A DNA stretch of 64,000 nt from the human T2T-CHM13v2.0 reference genome, Homo sapiens (GCF_009914755.1 NC_060925.1); one strand, 5' to 3'. Positions 1 through 13,841 are shown, counted from the stretch's first letter. Program-made: numbers and translations. The notes: generated by a model from the letters alone, not told the origin.

Positions 1-446
1 TGTATGTGAGGGAATCACAAAATTACAATGGCTTAAACAAGATAAAAGTGGTTTTCCCTCCATGAAACCAAGTAAGGAATTAGGCAATGCCAAGCTAGTG
101 GCTCCACAATTGAGGACACAGCTCCTTCCATTTTGTGGCTTCACCGTCCTCATGGTCTTCATGGCCCAGCATGGCTACCTGAGCTCTGGCTATCATCTCC
201 ATATTCTCGAAAGGAAGCAGAATGACAAAAAAGACATGCCTCTTCTCCTTCCATCCGATTACCTGGAACTTAGTTACAGGGCTTCACCTAAAATAGTCTG
301 AGGGATTTCTGAGTGCAGTGGCTTATGGGCAGTTGTCCATGTACCTAGGATTCAGGGAGAGGACTAAACATTCCTCATGTAGCTTGCTGGTGCCAGGGTG
401 AGCAATATGGACTTTGTTCTCAAGTAATTGTGATTGTGCATTTTGA

Positions 447-851
<405 letters not shown>

Positions 852-1634
852 TGTTGAAAACATTTAAAGACATAAACTCCCCATAGCTGTCTGGAGCAAG
901 GGACAGCAGATGGGTCATGCAGCACATAGACCAAAAATCCTGGGAAGGAGGACGCTGAGGAGGAAGATGCTTGGGGAAAGAAGGTCGTTGAAGGGCTACT
1001 GCATATACCAGGGAACCCAGGCTGCAATGCACATGTCCAGGGCTGGACACATGCTCAGAAAAGATCTAAGAGGACCCTAGGCTTGCACCTGTGGCTGATC
1101 TTTGTATTCCATGCAAGCAGGAGGTAAAGTCTAGGGAAAATGGAAAGAGTGGCTTGGCTAAGTGTCTAAGGAATGCCTCAGCTCAGAGCCAATCTGCCAA
1201 GATCAGAAGATTTTTCTTTTGTGTTTGGTCCAGGTGTTTTTAGTCCAGGTATTTAAGGAAATCTGTGTCAACTGTGGCTGACCACTGAGGTAACAGATCA
1301 AAGACTTCAGTGTCTACATATAAAGAATGCAGTCTGCAAAAATCATATGGAAATGTCACTAAACAAAGAAGACTGCAGCCCTTAATAAGCAATAACAGCA
1401 AATCTTGCAAAGGGCAAAGAATCTGATTTCCAGAGTTATCACATTATAATATTCAAAATGACCAGTTTTTTTCTTTCAATCAGCTTCCTCAGGTTGAAAT
1501 GTCGTTTTTAACAGCAGCAAAAAAAATTAGAAGGCATACCAAGAAAAAAAGAAAAGTATAACCCATTCACAGGAAAAAGAAACTGACAGAAGCCATCCGT
1601 GAGGAAGCCTAGACATTGAACTTGCCAGGCAAAG

Positions 1635-1905
1635 AGGGCTGGACTGTTCAGCCCTACCCCTTGACCTCCTGGGTCAATGATTTTATGGCCAATGATGTTG
1701 ATCAATCAATGGTGCCTACGCAATAAAACTTCCATAAACACCCCCAAATGGCTACGTCTGGGGAGCTTCTGCTAACTTCAGGTACATATTATCAGAATTG
1801 AATTGAATTGTAGGACACACACTTGGTGTCTGGAGAATTGTTTTTGTGTGGAATAAAAAAACCACACACTTGGTGTCAGAAGTGTTGTGAGAAAAAATAG
1901 TTCAG
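1635..1905. mobile_element. MER21-like LTR fragment
   Basis: Motifs ttgaattgtaggacac..ttggtgtc..ggtgtcagaagtgttgtgag resemble MER21 (recognised by eye). Confidence 0.55.
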
Positions 1906-2045
1906 AGAAGTATTCCCTCCTCTTCTATTTCTTAGTAGAGTTTGAGAATTGGTGTTAATTTTTCTTTAAAGGTTTGGCAGAAAATTCACCAAGCTGAAGC
2001 CATCTGGTCCTGCTTTAGGGGAGGTTTTTGATTACTGATTCAACC

Positions 2046-2379
2046 TTTTTTTTTTTTGTTTGTTTTTGAGATGGAGTCTCGCTCTGTCACCCAGACTGGA
2101 ATGCAGTGGCTCAATCTCGGCTCACTGCAAGCTCCGCCTCCCGGGTTCATGCCATTCTCCCGACTCAGCCTCCTGAGTAGCTGGGACTACAGGCGCCTGC
2201 CACCACACCCGGCTTTTTTTTTTTTTTTTTTAGTAGAGATGGGGTTTCACCGTGTTAGCCAGGATGGTCTCAATCTCCTGACCTCGTGATCTGCTGGTCT
2301 CAATCTCCTGACCTCGTGATCTGCCCGTCTCAGCCTCCCAAAGTGCTGGGATTACAGGCTTGAGCCATCGTGCCTGGCC
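2046..2379 (-). mobile_element. AluY-like with internal 30-bp tandem duplication (2265-2324), inserted in old antisense L1
   Basis: Diagnostic gcaagctccgcctcccgggttca.gccattc; 15-bp TSD TTACTGATTCAACCT at 2032-2046 and 2380-2394. Confidence 0.95.
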
Positions 2380-2991
2380 TTACTGATTCAACCTCTTATT
2401 GGATTCAATCTCTTTACTTTTCCTAGCTTGTTCAGATTTATTTCTTCCTGAGTCAGTTTTGGTCATTTGTGTACAGTTGTTCACAGTATTCACTTAAAAT
2501 GCTTTTTTTTTTTTTTCCTGTAAGGTCCATAGTGATGCCCCTACTTTCATGTCTGATTTTAGTTATTTGCATCTTTACTCTTTATTTCTCAGTCTAGCTA
2601 AAGATTTGTCAGTGTTGTTCATCTTTTCAAAATTTTCATTTCAGCTATTGTACTTTTCAGCTCCAGAATTTTGATTTGGTTTATTTTTCATAATTTGTCT
2701 CTTTGCTGATATTCTGTTTATACATTTATTGTTTACCTGGCTTCCTTTAGTTCTTTGTCCATGGTTTCCTTTAGTTAGTTAAGCATATTTAAGACCATTT
2801 AAATAAACGTTTAAGTAAACTTTTAAACATTTAAATAAAAGTCTTTGTCTAGCAAGTTCAATGTCTAGGCCTCCCCAGGGATGGTTTCTATCAATTTCTT
2901 TTTCCTGTGAATGGGTTGTACTTTTCTTTTTTCTTGGTATGCTTCCTATTTTATTTATTTATTTACTTTTTGGTTAAAAACTGGGCACTTC

Positions 2992-3396
<405 letters not shown>

Positions 3397-3424
3397 TTAT
3401 TAAGGGCTGCAGTCTTCTGTTTGT

Positions 3425-3607
3425 TTAGATCATGCCTTAGTCTTTCTGGCCACCAGCCCCTATCCTGAAGCTAGTCAGGGGTCCCCAGCCACCAGTCATT
3501 TCATTAGCATACCAACAACATTCATCACACCTGAGATTCCAAAGGTTTTAGAAGCTTGTGCCAGGAACGGGGATAAAGACCAAATATTTATTTTTATTAT
3601 ATCACAA
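3425..3607. mobile_element. MER21-like LTR fragment
   Basis: cattagcata...gagattccaaaggttttag...ttattatatcaca terminus. Confidence 0.5.
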
Positions 3608-3739
3608 CTTCCTAACTCATTTATTGAGTCATTATGCTTCACCTTAGGGCATATGCAGCCTCTTCACATTAGGGGAAATTCAGCCTATCAAGTGCAACAC
3701 TGAAAGCTAAATAACAACAACACAACAACAACCAATCAG

Positions 3740-4048
<309 letters not shown>

Positions 4049-5072
4049 CCAGGTTGGGGAGTTATTTCCCAGGAATTCTGTAGCAAGGGCTCATATGCAT
4101 CAGTTAGAGTTGGACTTTGTGACCTTCAGGTGTCCTTCCTTTTCCAAGAATCGATTATTTTTATAATTCTGTTAAATGTAATTAATTTCTCAAATTTATC
4201 AAAGATCATTATTTGGACCATTATTTTCTTAGCCAAAATGCTGGCCTGCCCCAGTTCCATCCAGGGTTAATCTGCATTTAAACAGCTCTTTGAAAATATT
4301 TGGTTTTCCCCATCCATCTATGGCCAATTGATTTTTGACAAGAAGCCAAGACAATTCAATAGGAAAAGGACAATCTCTTCAACGAATGGTGCTGGGACAA
4401 CTAGAAGTCCACATGCAAAACAATGAACTTGGACCCTAACCTCACACTACATACAAAAATTATCTTAAAATGGATCAACAACCTAAATATAGGAGCTAAA
4501 ACTATAAAACTCTTAGAAGAAAACACAGGAGTAAATCTTCACAACCTTGGATTTGACAATGATATCTCACACAGGACACCAAATGCACAAACAACAAAAG
4601 AAAAAACAGTTAAGCTGAAGTTCATCAAAATTAAAGTTTTATGTGCATGAAAGGACATCAGAAAGTGAAAAAGACAATTACAGAATGGGAGAGAAATATT
4701 TGCAAAGCATATATCTGATAAGGGTCTAGTGTCCAGAATATATAAAGAACTCTTACAACCCAACAACAAAAAGACAACCCAATTTTAAAATGGGCAAAGG
4801 ACTTGAATAGGCATGTCTCCAAAGAAGATATACAGATGGCCAACAAACACATGAAAAGGAGAATGCTTAATAGCATTAGTTATTAGGAAAATGTAAACCA
4901 AAACCAGAATGAGGTACCGCTGCACACCTACTAGGATAACAATAAAATGGAAAATAACAAGTGTTGGTGAGGATGTGGAGAAATTGGGATCCTGTACATT
5001 GCTGGTAGGAATATAAAATGGTTCAGCCATCGTGGAAACCACTTGGGGTTCCCCAAATAGTTAAACACTGAA

Positions 5073-5367
5073 GGCTGGGCACGGTGGCTCATGCCTATAA
5101 TCCAGCACTGTGGGAGGCCAAGGCAGGCAGATAACTTGAGTTCAGGATCAAGACCAGCCTGGCCAACATGGGGAAACCCCATCTCTACTAAAAATACAAA
5201 AATTAGCCAGATGTGGTGGCACACACCTGTAACTCCAGCTACTCAGGAGGCCGAGGCAAGATAATTGCTCGAACCTGGGAGGCAGAGGTTGCAGTGAGCC
5301 AAGATTGCGGCCACTGCACTCTAGGCTGGGCAACAGAGCAAGGCTCTGTCTCAAAAAAAAAAAAAAA
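5073..5367 (+). mobile_element. Alu (S-type) nested in L1
   Basis: Full dimer with A-tail. Confidence 0.93.
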
Positions 5368-5540
5368 TTGAATTACCATGCGATCCAACAATTCAACCCC
5401 TATGTATGTACCCTCCCCAAATAAAAATGGGCTCTCAAACAAATACATGTACATGCATGTTCATGGTAGCATTATTCACAAAGCCAAAAGATGCAAACAG
5501 CCCCAATGTCCATAGATGAATAAACTGTGGCATACATGAT

Positions 5541-5582
5541 ACACACACACACACGCACACACATATACATATACACACACAA
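5541..5582. repeat. Compound (CA)n/(TA)n microsatellite inside an L1 3' end
   Basis: acacacacacacacgcacacacatatacatatacacacac. Confidence 0.85.
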
Positions 5583-6249
5583 ACACTATTCAGTCATAAA
5601 AAGGAATAAAGTCTGTTACATGCTACCTGAGGATGAACCTCGAAAACATGCTAAGTGAAAGACACAAAAGTCCACACACTGTGATTCCGTTTATATGAAG
5701 TATCTAAAGTAAGTAAATATAGAGACAGAAGTAGACTGGTAATTGCCAGGGGCTGGGGGGGAAGAGGGCATTGGGAAGAAACTTCTCAATGGGTATGGGG
5801 TTTTTCTTTCGGAATGAGGAAAATGTTTTGGAACTAGACAGAGGTGGTGGTTGCACAGCATTGTGAATTCACTAAATGCCACTGAAATGCCCACTTTAAA
5901 ATGGTAAATTTTATGTTATGTGAATTTCACCTTAAGTTAAAAAAAAAAAAGTAAAACTACTCAGACAACGCCAAATTATTGACAATCTCAACCTACCCCA
6001 CAGACCCCAAATCCTGGAACCACAACCCCCTAGGCCAATTCTCAGGTCAGGCAGCAATTTATTCCTGTTCAATTTTATGCAGAGCTCCTGGTGGCTCTGA
6101 AGCGCCCTAGGGAACAGACCAGGAACATTCTCATGGTGTTAGCTCACATTGGGCCATTAGTGCTCCTTTAATGTGAGAACAACCGGGAGGAGGAGGGGAT
6201 GTGGACCCAAAACTACAAGAAAGAGTGTCCTCGAAGCCTATGTCCTACC

Positions 6250-7115
6250 GCCCCACGCTGCTGCCAGGCCCGCAGGAAGATGACAGGCCCGGCCTCCACT
6301 CCTTCTAAGGTCGTCGCTTAGTTCCGACGTCGGGATGACCCTGTCATCCACGCGGCGTGAAGGCCACCCTCCCCGCGCGCCCGGGACTCCAGGTGGGGCC
6401 CCAGTGGACGAGGGAACGCGGCGTCGCCCACCGGGCGTGGCCTGGGCGGGCGTGGGGCGGGGCCTGGGCCGGCGCCGGGTCCGGCCGGGCGCTCAGCCAG
6501 CTGCGTAAACTCCGCTGGAGCGCGGCGGCAGAGCAGGTGAGCGGGCGGTGCCGGGGGGTGCCCAGGCCAGGGCCCTGTCGCCTGCGGCGCTGAGGGCCCG
6601 GGGTGGGGCTGCGCCCTGAGGGCCCTGCCCTGCCCTCCGCACGCCTCTGGCCACGGTCCCTTCCCCGGCTGTGGGTCTGCGGCCCCTGCGTGCGCAGCGC
6701 TCCTGGCCTCTGCGGCCAGCGCGGGGGCGGAGAGAGGAGAGTGCCCGGCAGGCGGCGGCTGGGCCGGCCCGGAACTGGGTCGTGGAAGGATCGCGGGGAG
6801 CGGCCCTCAGGCCTTCGGCCTCACTGCGTCCCCACTTCCCTGCGCCCGCCTGCCGCCGAGCCCCGGCTGGGGGTGGGCGCGGCGCGAGCGGTTAAAGGGC
6901 CGGTGCATTTAAAGGAGCGGTGCACGTGGGTCTCTGAGGCGTGTAGCAGGCGGGGGCGTTTTGTTCTTCTTCTCTCTCGCCGGAGACCTCCGTTGCGCCG
7001 AGTCCATTCGGCCTCTAGCACCGGGTCCTGGGCATGCTTTCCCCGGGAAGGAGGCGCGCGGGGGCTCTGCCCGCACGTGAGGGGCAGGGCCGCAGGCTCA
7101 AGCCTAGAGCCGGTT
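6250..7115. promoter_or_regulatory. PSEN2: CpG island / TATA-less PSEN2 promoter spanning exon 1 and intron 1
   Basis: Very GC- and CpG-rich; GC box GGGGCGGGGC at 6454-6463; EGR-type GCGGGGGCG at 6721-6729 and 6950-6958; CACGTG E-boxes at 6923-6928 and 7074-7079. Confidence 0.9.
6459..6536 (+). other. PSEN2: PSEN2 exon 1 (5'UTR; start approximate)
   Basis: Ends GAGCAG|GTGAGC donor at 6536/6537; matches the recalled PSEN2 mRNA 5' end. Confidence 0.85.
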
Positions 7116-7148
7116 TCTGTTAGCAGCGGTGTTTGGCTGTTTTATCAG

Positions 7149-7291
7149 GCATTTCCAGCAGTGAGGAGACAGCCAGAAGCAAGCTTTTGGAGCTGAAGGA
7201 ACCTGAGACAGAAGCTAGTCCCCCCTCTGAATTTTACTGATGAAGAAACTGAGGCCACAGAGCTAAAGTGACTTTTCCCAAGGTCGCCCAG
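7149..7291 (+). other. PSEN2: PSEN2 exon 2 (5'UTR; 3' half MIR-derived)
   Basis: Acceptor ttttatcag|GCATTTCC; donor GCCCAG|gtacga. Confidence 0.88.
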
Positions 7292-7345
7292 GTACGATAT
7301 AGCAGAGCCAGGCTTCGACCCCAGTGTCCTGGCTTCTAGATCTGC
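7230..7345 (+). mobile_element. MIR fragment overlapping the exon 2 3' half and its donor
   Basis: ttttactgatgaagaaactgaggccacagagctaaagtgacttttcccaaggtcgcccag...gcagagccaggcttcgacccc matches the MIR core. Confidence 0.8.
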
Positions 7346-8757
7346 TGTCCATCCCTCCGAGCAGACCTCACCCCTGTTTATTGCCTTAATAAGTATTCCC
7401 TTTGAAAGGTATGAACGGTGTTGAGTGAAGTAACTGCATCCCTATTTACAAATGGAGAACCTGAGAGCATTCCATAGAGACGATTGTAGACTAACTTAAC
7501 TCAGAAGCGACAGCCTGGGGTTGCCAAGGCTGTCTACGAAGTAACTTGATTAGGACCGACCCCAGCTTCCAGTAAGGAAGCCTCTGATGCCTCTGTAGCC
7601 AATTCTGCAGACACCTGAGCCTCCAAGGCCTTCAGCCAAGACCTTTGGCGGTAATTGGAGTCTCGGGATAAGCTGCTTCAGGTGTGTGAGCCTCAGGTTC
7701 TTCTCTCCTGAATGTGGTTGTGGGCAGCCGGTGACTGGCGCAGGTGCAGAAGGGGCCTGGTTCTTGGCCCCACCTCAGAGCTGCGTCCTCACGACGCCCA
7801 CGTTGAGCCTTGGGTTCCAGGGCAGAGACTGGAGTGAGGGCTTGGGGGCATGTTGCTTTGAAGTGGGATGGATGTATCAGGTTTTTGGGGAAAACTCTGT
7901 ACCCTTTGGTGTTGAAGTGCCCATGTGCCAAGTCTTGAGTCCAGCATGTTCACATGTGGGGAGTGAGTGGCTTGTTCCTGTCTATTTGAAAGAGCAGCAA
8001 GGAGGAGGAGGAGCAAGGGCTAGGGGCTGCTGCTGGGGTGCCTGGAGCTGTGGTGCATAATGTCACACCTGTCTCCCCTCCGTAGCTGCTCACCGTCCCC
8101 CCAAGGGGGGTTTGCCTCTTGCCTACTTTGGCCTTTCTCTGTTATCGATGTTAATAATGACATATATCTCGCTTATGAGTTGGTCATAATAAAAAGCTAT
8201 CTTGTACAGAATATTAGAATTTAAGATCTTAAGAATTTCAATGACACTGAAATAGTTTATTATTACCTTTTTACAGAAGAGGAAACAAGTTCAGGGAGTT
8301 AAGCAGCTAGTCCAGTTATGTGGCTTCAGTGCTTTAAGCACCAGGATTTGAACATAGCTGGCTACACTGTCTTTATCTCTTGAGTTTTTGCGCAGGAGGT
8401 TCCTGTATTCAACTCCTACCCGTGTCTCTCCACTACTGCTGGGAAAGTTTTGTGGAGTCCCCATGAGCAACTTCCTGACAAACAAACAAAATTTTTTTAA
8501 AGAAACCAAAGCAGTGTGTGTAGGTCACATGCAGTGTGTCTAATGAAAACATCTCTGGCGGGTTTTCAGCTGTTGCTTTGACTTTCGGACACTGTTTAGT
8601 TGGGGACTGATAAGACAGCAAATATTTCTGCAAGTATTCCCACCTGTTCTATTCCCAGCTGCCACAGCTGCGGAAAGGCGGGGGTGAGGCTGAGAGGCCC
8701 CGAGAGGAACATTTTCCACTGGGCTCCAATCCTGGAGATGGGATGACCATCATGTTA

Positions 8758-9087
<330 letters not shown>

Positions 9088-9311
9088 TCAGTCCTCAGGA
9101 AAGATCAGATGTCAGTGAGGGAGATCATTTCTTGAGAGCCTCTTCACTGAGTGGGAGAATGGGCTGCTTGTTCATCTTTGTGAAAATTCTAGAACGGGAA
9201 GAACAATTCAAAGGGTGTCCACCATTCTGCTGTACCTTAACCAGAAACTTACTGGACTCTTTTTAAAATAAAAGTAATTCATGTTTATTCTAGAAAATTA
9301 GGGAAAAAAAA

Positions 9312-9606
<295 letters not shown>

Positions 9607-11251
9607 TAACCACTCTTAACATGCATTTCCTTCCACACTGTTCACATATGCATATTTATCTATTAAAACAATAGAGGGAGGGAACCGTAGGTGAAGTTTG
9701 TGTATCCTGTTTTTTCTGTTATGCCTTCAGAATTTTCCTTTTATTGAGTACTCATGGAAAAGCAGATTTGATGGCTGTGTAGAGCATTTGAATTATTTAT
9801 CCTACCAGTCCCACAGCAGGACACTTTCCCACCCTCCCTTTTGCCCCAGAGAAGCAGTGCCCTCTGTCCTCCCCATGCCCATATGTGGGCACTCCCCACC
9901 ATGGAGCCAAACCTACCTGGGCAAGTAGCAGAGGGAGAGCAGAGTGAGCCCTGGGGGCAGGAGAGAGACTTGAGAGTTTTGAGGTGACAGATGAGCTGGT
10001 GAGTGAGTGATTAGGGAGCATTTCTTGACACATACCTGCCCGTGGTGAAGGCATGTGTCTTGTGAGTGTGCTCCCAGAAAGCCTGTGTAGTGTGTGGTGG
10101 GCCTGCCTGTGTGACCAAACCCTGGCCACTGGGTACGTGACCCTCACAAGTGCTGACTGGGCTGAGAAGAGCTCCTTGATGGGCAGTTTGGAGACTTGAG
10201 TTGTAACTGTGGCTTTTGGCCATGGGACATTAACTGATTACTTTTGCCCCTCTAGGCTTCAGTTGTCCTTAATTATAATACAGGGAGCTGACTAGGTGGC
10301 GTTGATGGCCTTTACGGTCCTTGCCAGCTCTGACATTGTCCTATGGATATGTCCTTTCATTTGATAATATGTTTACGTGGCCATAGTGCCTGGGGCTGGG
10401 CCGGGAATGGAAACTTGATCTCTGGGGCCTGGCCTTTGAAGCCAGTTCATGTGTCTGGTGGTTCAGCAGATCCGTAACTTTCCAAGAGGCACATCCATAG
10501 GCTACCGTGTCCTTTCTCACTGTGTCCCTCCTCCATTTCATCTTCTTTATAACTACGACTTATTGAACATCTACTGTGTGCTGGACACTTTACAGGTTAT
10601 CTCTAGGTTTTACGATAATCTTGCAAGGTATGCCTGTTCTGCTTTTTACAGCAGAGGAAATGAGCTGTGTCAGATTAGACTGTCTGAGGCCTCTTGGCCA
10701 GGGAGTATGTGGTTCAAATCACATAGGCAGGCGATCTGAACCCTGTCAGTCTCCAAAGCCTCTGCTTTTGACCGCTGACTTGCTGCTACTTGTTTAAAAA
10801 TAAATGTGTTTCTGGAGCCTACTCCAGAGGGGCGTGCTAGGGGCTCCCTCTCCCACTTCCCCACAAACCACCCTTTTCCCTGGCTGCTTCAGGAAATGAG
10901 AGAACTCTGCCTGGGCCCCAGGCACTTCTGAGTGGGACAGGGCTGTTAGAGGTAAGTCTAGAGCCTGGCCCAAAATTCAGGAGGCCCCATCAGAGGGCCC
11001 CTGGGGCCTGTGGTCCGGGAGGGTGGTAGGGCAGTACCTCACTTCCCTTTGAGACTCAGGCCCCAGCTCTGGCTTAGGCCAGGGAGAACCATCCCCAAGT
11101 GGTATGTGTTACTATATGAGCTGAGATGGATGGTCAGCTGGACCAAATACATAGTCGGGTACCCAGGGCCAGGGGGAGGAAGGTGAGCAGGGAAGCTGTG
11201 GGCAATTGTCTGGGTATCACCTGACCTTAGCAAACTCTTCCTTGTTTTAAG

Positions 11252-11437
11252 CGAGGACGTGGGACTTCTCAGACGTCAGGAGAGTGATGTGAGGGAGCTG
11301 TGTGACCATAGAAAGTGACGTGTTAAAAACCAGCGCTGCCCTCTTTGAAAGCCAGGGAGCATCATTCATTTAGCCTGCTGAGAAGAAGAAACCAAGTGTC
11401 CGGGATTCAGACCTCTCTGCGGCCCCAAGTGTTCGTG
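11252..11437 (+). other. PSEN2: PSEN2 exon 3 (5'UTR)
   Basis: Acceptor cttgttttaag|CGAGGAC; donor TTCGTG|gtaagt. Confidence 0.88.
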
Positions 11438-13807
11438 GTAAGTGCAGTGACTCCCAACCTGCTTTTGAACCCTCTTTTTCCATTAGGATTTTCTCCGTGG
11501 AGGCAGATTTCCATGGGAGTTTGCTGTGGCATTTTGAAATCTGTTTCTTACCTAGTTCCATTGGCCTTAAATGTTAAGGCCAAAGCCTTTACATTTCTCT
11601 GTAATGAAAAGAAGGTCGAGGAAATTGGGTCATTGGGTTTCCATAATGATTGCAGGAACTGCTGACACAAGCACGGCTGGGGAGATTCTCTAGGTCAGAC
11701 TCCCTTGGTTTGGCTAATTCAGCAGTTTGATCCCATTCAGCTGATTAATGGGAATGTGCAGTGGCTTCTTTGGATGTTTGATTTTGCATCCTAATCCAAA
11801 GCAGCTATCAGCCTCAGCACTTCCTTGTTGGAAGGCTTTCCAGAACGTAGTCTATGTTGGACACTTCCTTCTGCCTCTCTGCATTTTCCTGCCACTTCTC
11901 TAGAGAATGGGGTGCAGGGGGTGGGAGACGGGGAAAGCTGGTCGCTGAGTGGCTGATGGGACTTGACATCACCCAGCCCCACCCCCACCTGCCCGTGAGT
12001 CAGCCTCCGGGGAGAGTTCATCGCGTCACCGGCACTCTAATGTGGACAGACACCTAGCAGTGTTGTTTATCTGCACACGTTTGGGTGGTGATTTTTCCCT
12101 CCAAGGATTTCAGAGCACCAGCAGGCTTCAGAGCAGACTTAGGTGGCTTGCAAAGCAGGCCCTCAGGAATTCAGAGGGTAGCAGAAGTCCATCCCAGATG
12201 CTCTGTTTTCCTTCAGGAGCTAGGTAAATCAGAGGGGCTGAGGGACAAATGAAAAAAGTTACAGCCTTTGAGTCCCATCTGCTCCTCCTGGCCAATGAGA
12301 GGGGATCTGGGAGGGGCAGATGTAGAGGAAAATCTGTCTAAATGTTGATGCTCGTTATTTTCCTTTAAAGAATTAATAGCCTAAAATAAACCCTACAGAT
12401 ACAGTCTGTGTTTATTATGGCGACTTAGAGAAATGCAGAAAAATATCAAGAAAATAAAAACCACTCTTGGTTCTACCATGCAAAGATAATCATCTTTAAT
12501 GTTTTGTAATATTTCCGATCTTTTATATACATACATTTTATAAGGACATTCAGATGATCAGGTTCGTAAAGTTTTATGTTCGGTTAAATTTAACAGCGTG
12601 TCATTGTTCAGGTTATTAAATGTTTGAAATAAGATTTTTGGTGGTCCTGTCACAGTCTCCATGAAGTAGCATTTCAGGATCGAAAGGTATGCTGTGTTTA
12701 AAGTGTTGATTCTTACTCCTTTCAGTTAAGGCCAGTGCAGTTTGTCCAGGTAGTGACTGAGACCCAGTTTTTCCACACTCTCCTCCGCAGTGGGCATTGT
12801 TTTGGGCCTTTTTCAGCCCAAGAGCTCTCTTCTCCCCATGCCGCTCTGCTGGTCTGAGATTTTTCCACTCCTCCTCCTCCCTAGTTGCTCTCTGACCAGA
12901 CTCTAGGTATTCAGGAGAAAGTGTTCATTGTCTCACTCTCTCATGTGGCAATCAAGTAGTGCCAAGCAGTGAGAGGGTGAAGGTGGGTGGGTGAGGGACA
13001 CTCACCTTGCTGAGAAAGGGCCCCAGCCTGTTCGGGTGATTATAAAGCAGAGACAGTGCCAGGAAAAGTCTGACACTGGCTGAGAATCACCCGGGGACCA
13101 ACCATCCCGAATGCGGATCCCTGACACTGGGTGAGGATGGAGCTTGGAGATCTGCATTGTTAATAAGCAGCCTAGCAGAGTGGTGAAGAGTCCAGACACA
13201 CTACCTAGGTCCAAGGGTAACCTTGAGCTAATTACTTTTTGAGCCTCTGTTTCCTCATCAGTACCATGGGGAAGAATAGTAGCACCTTGCTCCAGGATGT
13301 TTAGTGCCGGCTAAGGGCTCAGCAGGTGCTGGTCCATCTCCACCAGCCCCCAGTGGCCTGGGCCACCTTTGAGAAACAGTGATCCTAAGGGATTCAGCAT
13401 TTCCTAAGTTGGTGCCTCCCACCTGTCACCCCCACCCCACCAGGCTAGGAGGGTTGTGATTAGAGGGTGCCCTTGCTGTGACAGCTGAGACTAGCTCTTC
13501 CCTGATTATTCCTTAATGACAGCTCTCTCCTTCCCTGCTTTCTTGAAGTCTTGGTCCTCGTTGTTGTGGGCACAGCTTCAGGGGAGGCCTTGGAGGAATT
13601 TTTGAAAGTGGAATGAGGGAAGCAGCCTGCTCAAGGGAACACTTGTTTTCTGGTGAGGAGGCCGCATGTATGAATGACGTTTGTGGGTTAGAAAGCATGT
13701 TTTGTAGTTTTTCCTTGTTTCTTCCTGAAGACATGTCAGGTCTTGATGAGACCGGGCCTGGGCACAGGGCAGGCAGTCAGCGAGTGTGGATGATGACGAC
13801 AGTGGTC

Positions 13808-13841
13808 ACCAGGTCACTGTCTAGACCAGGTCACTGTCTAG
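13808..13841. repeat. Exact 17-bp tandem duplication ACCAGGTCACTGTCTAG x2
   Basis: Direct reading. Confidence 0.95.

Larger units (their letters stand above)
4315..5950 (+). mobile_element. Old L1 (L1MB-like) 3' ORF2/3'UTR, interrupted by an Alu
   Basis: Degenerate ORF2 C-terminus (MNLDPNLTLHTKI..KWINNLNI..KTIKLLEEN); L1M 3'UTR ending in A-tail at ~5950. Confidence 0.88.

Noticed and set aside
6603-7196. 197-aa ORF in intron 1
   Set aside because: GTG start, Arg/Pro/Gly bias typical of CpG-island stop depletion
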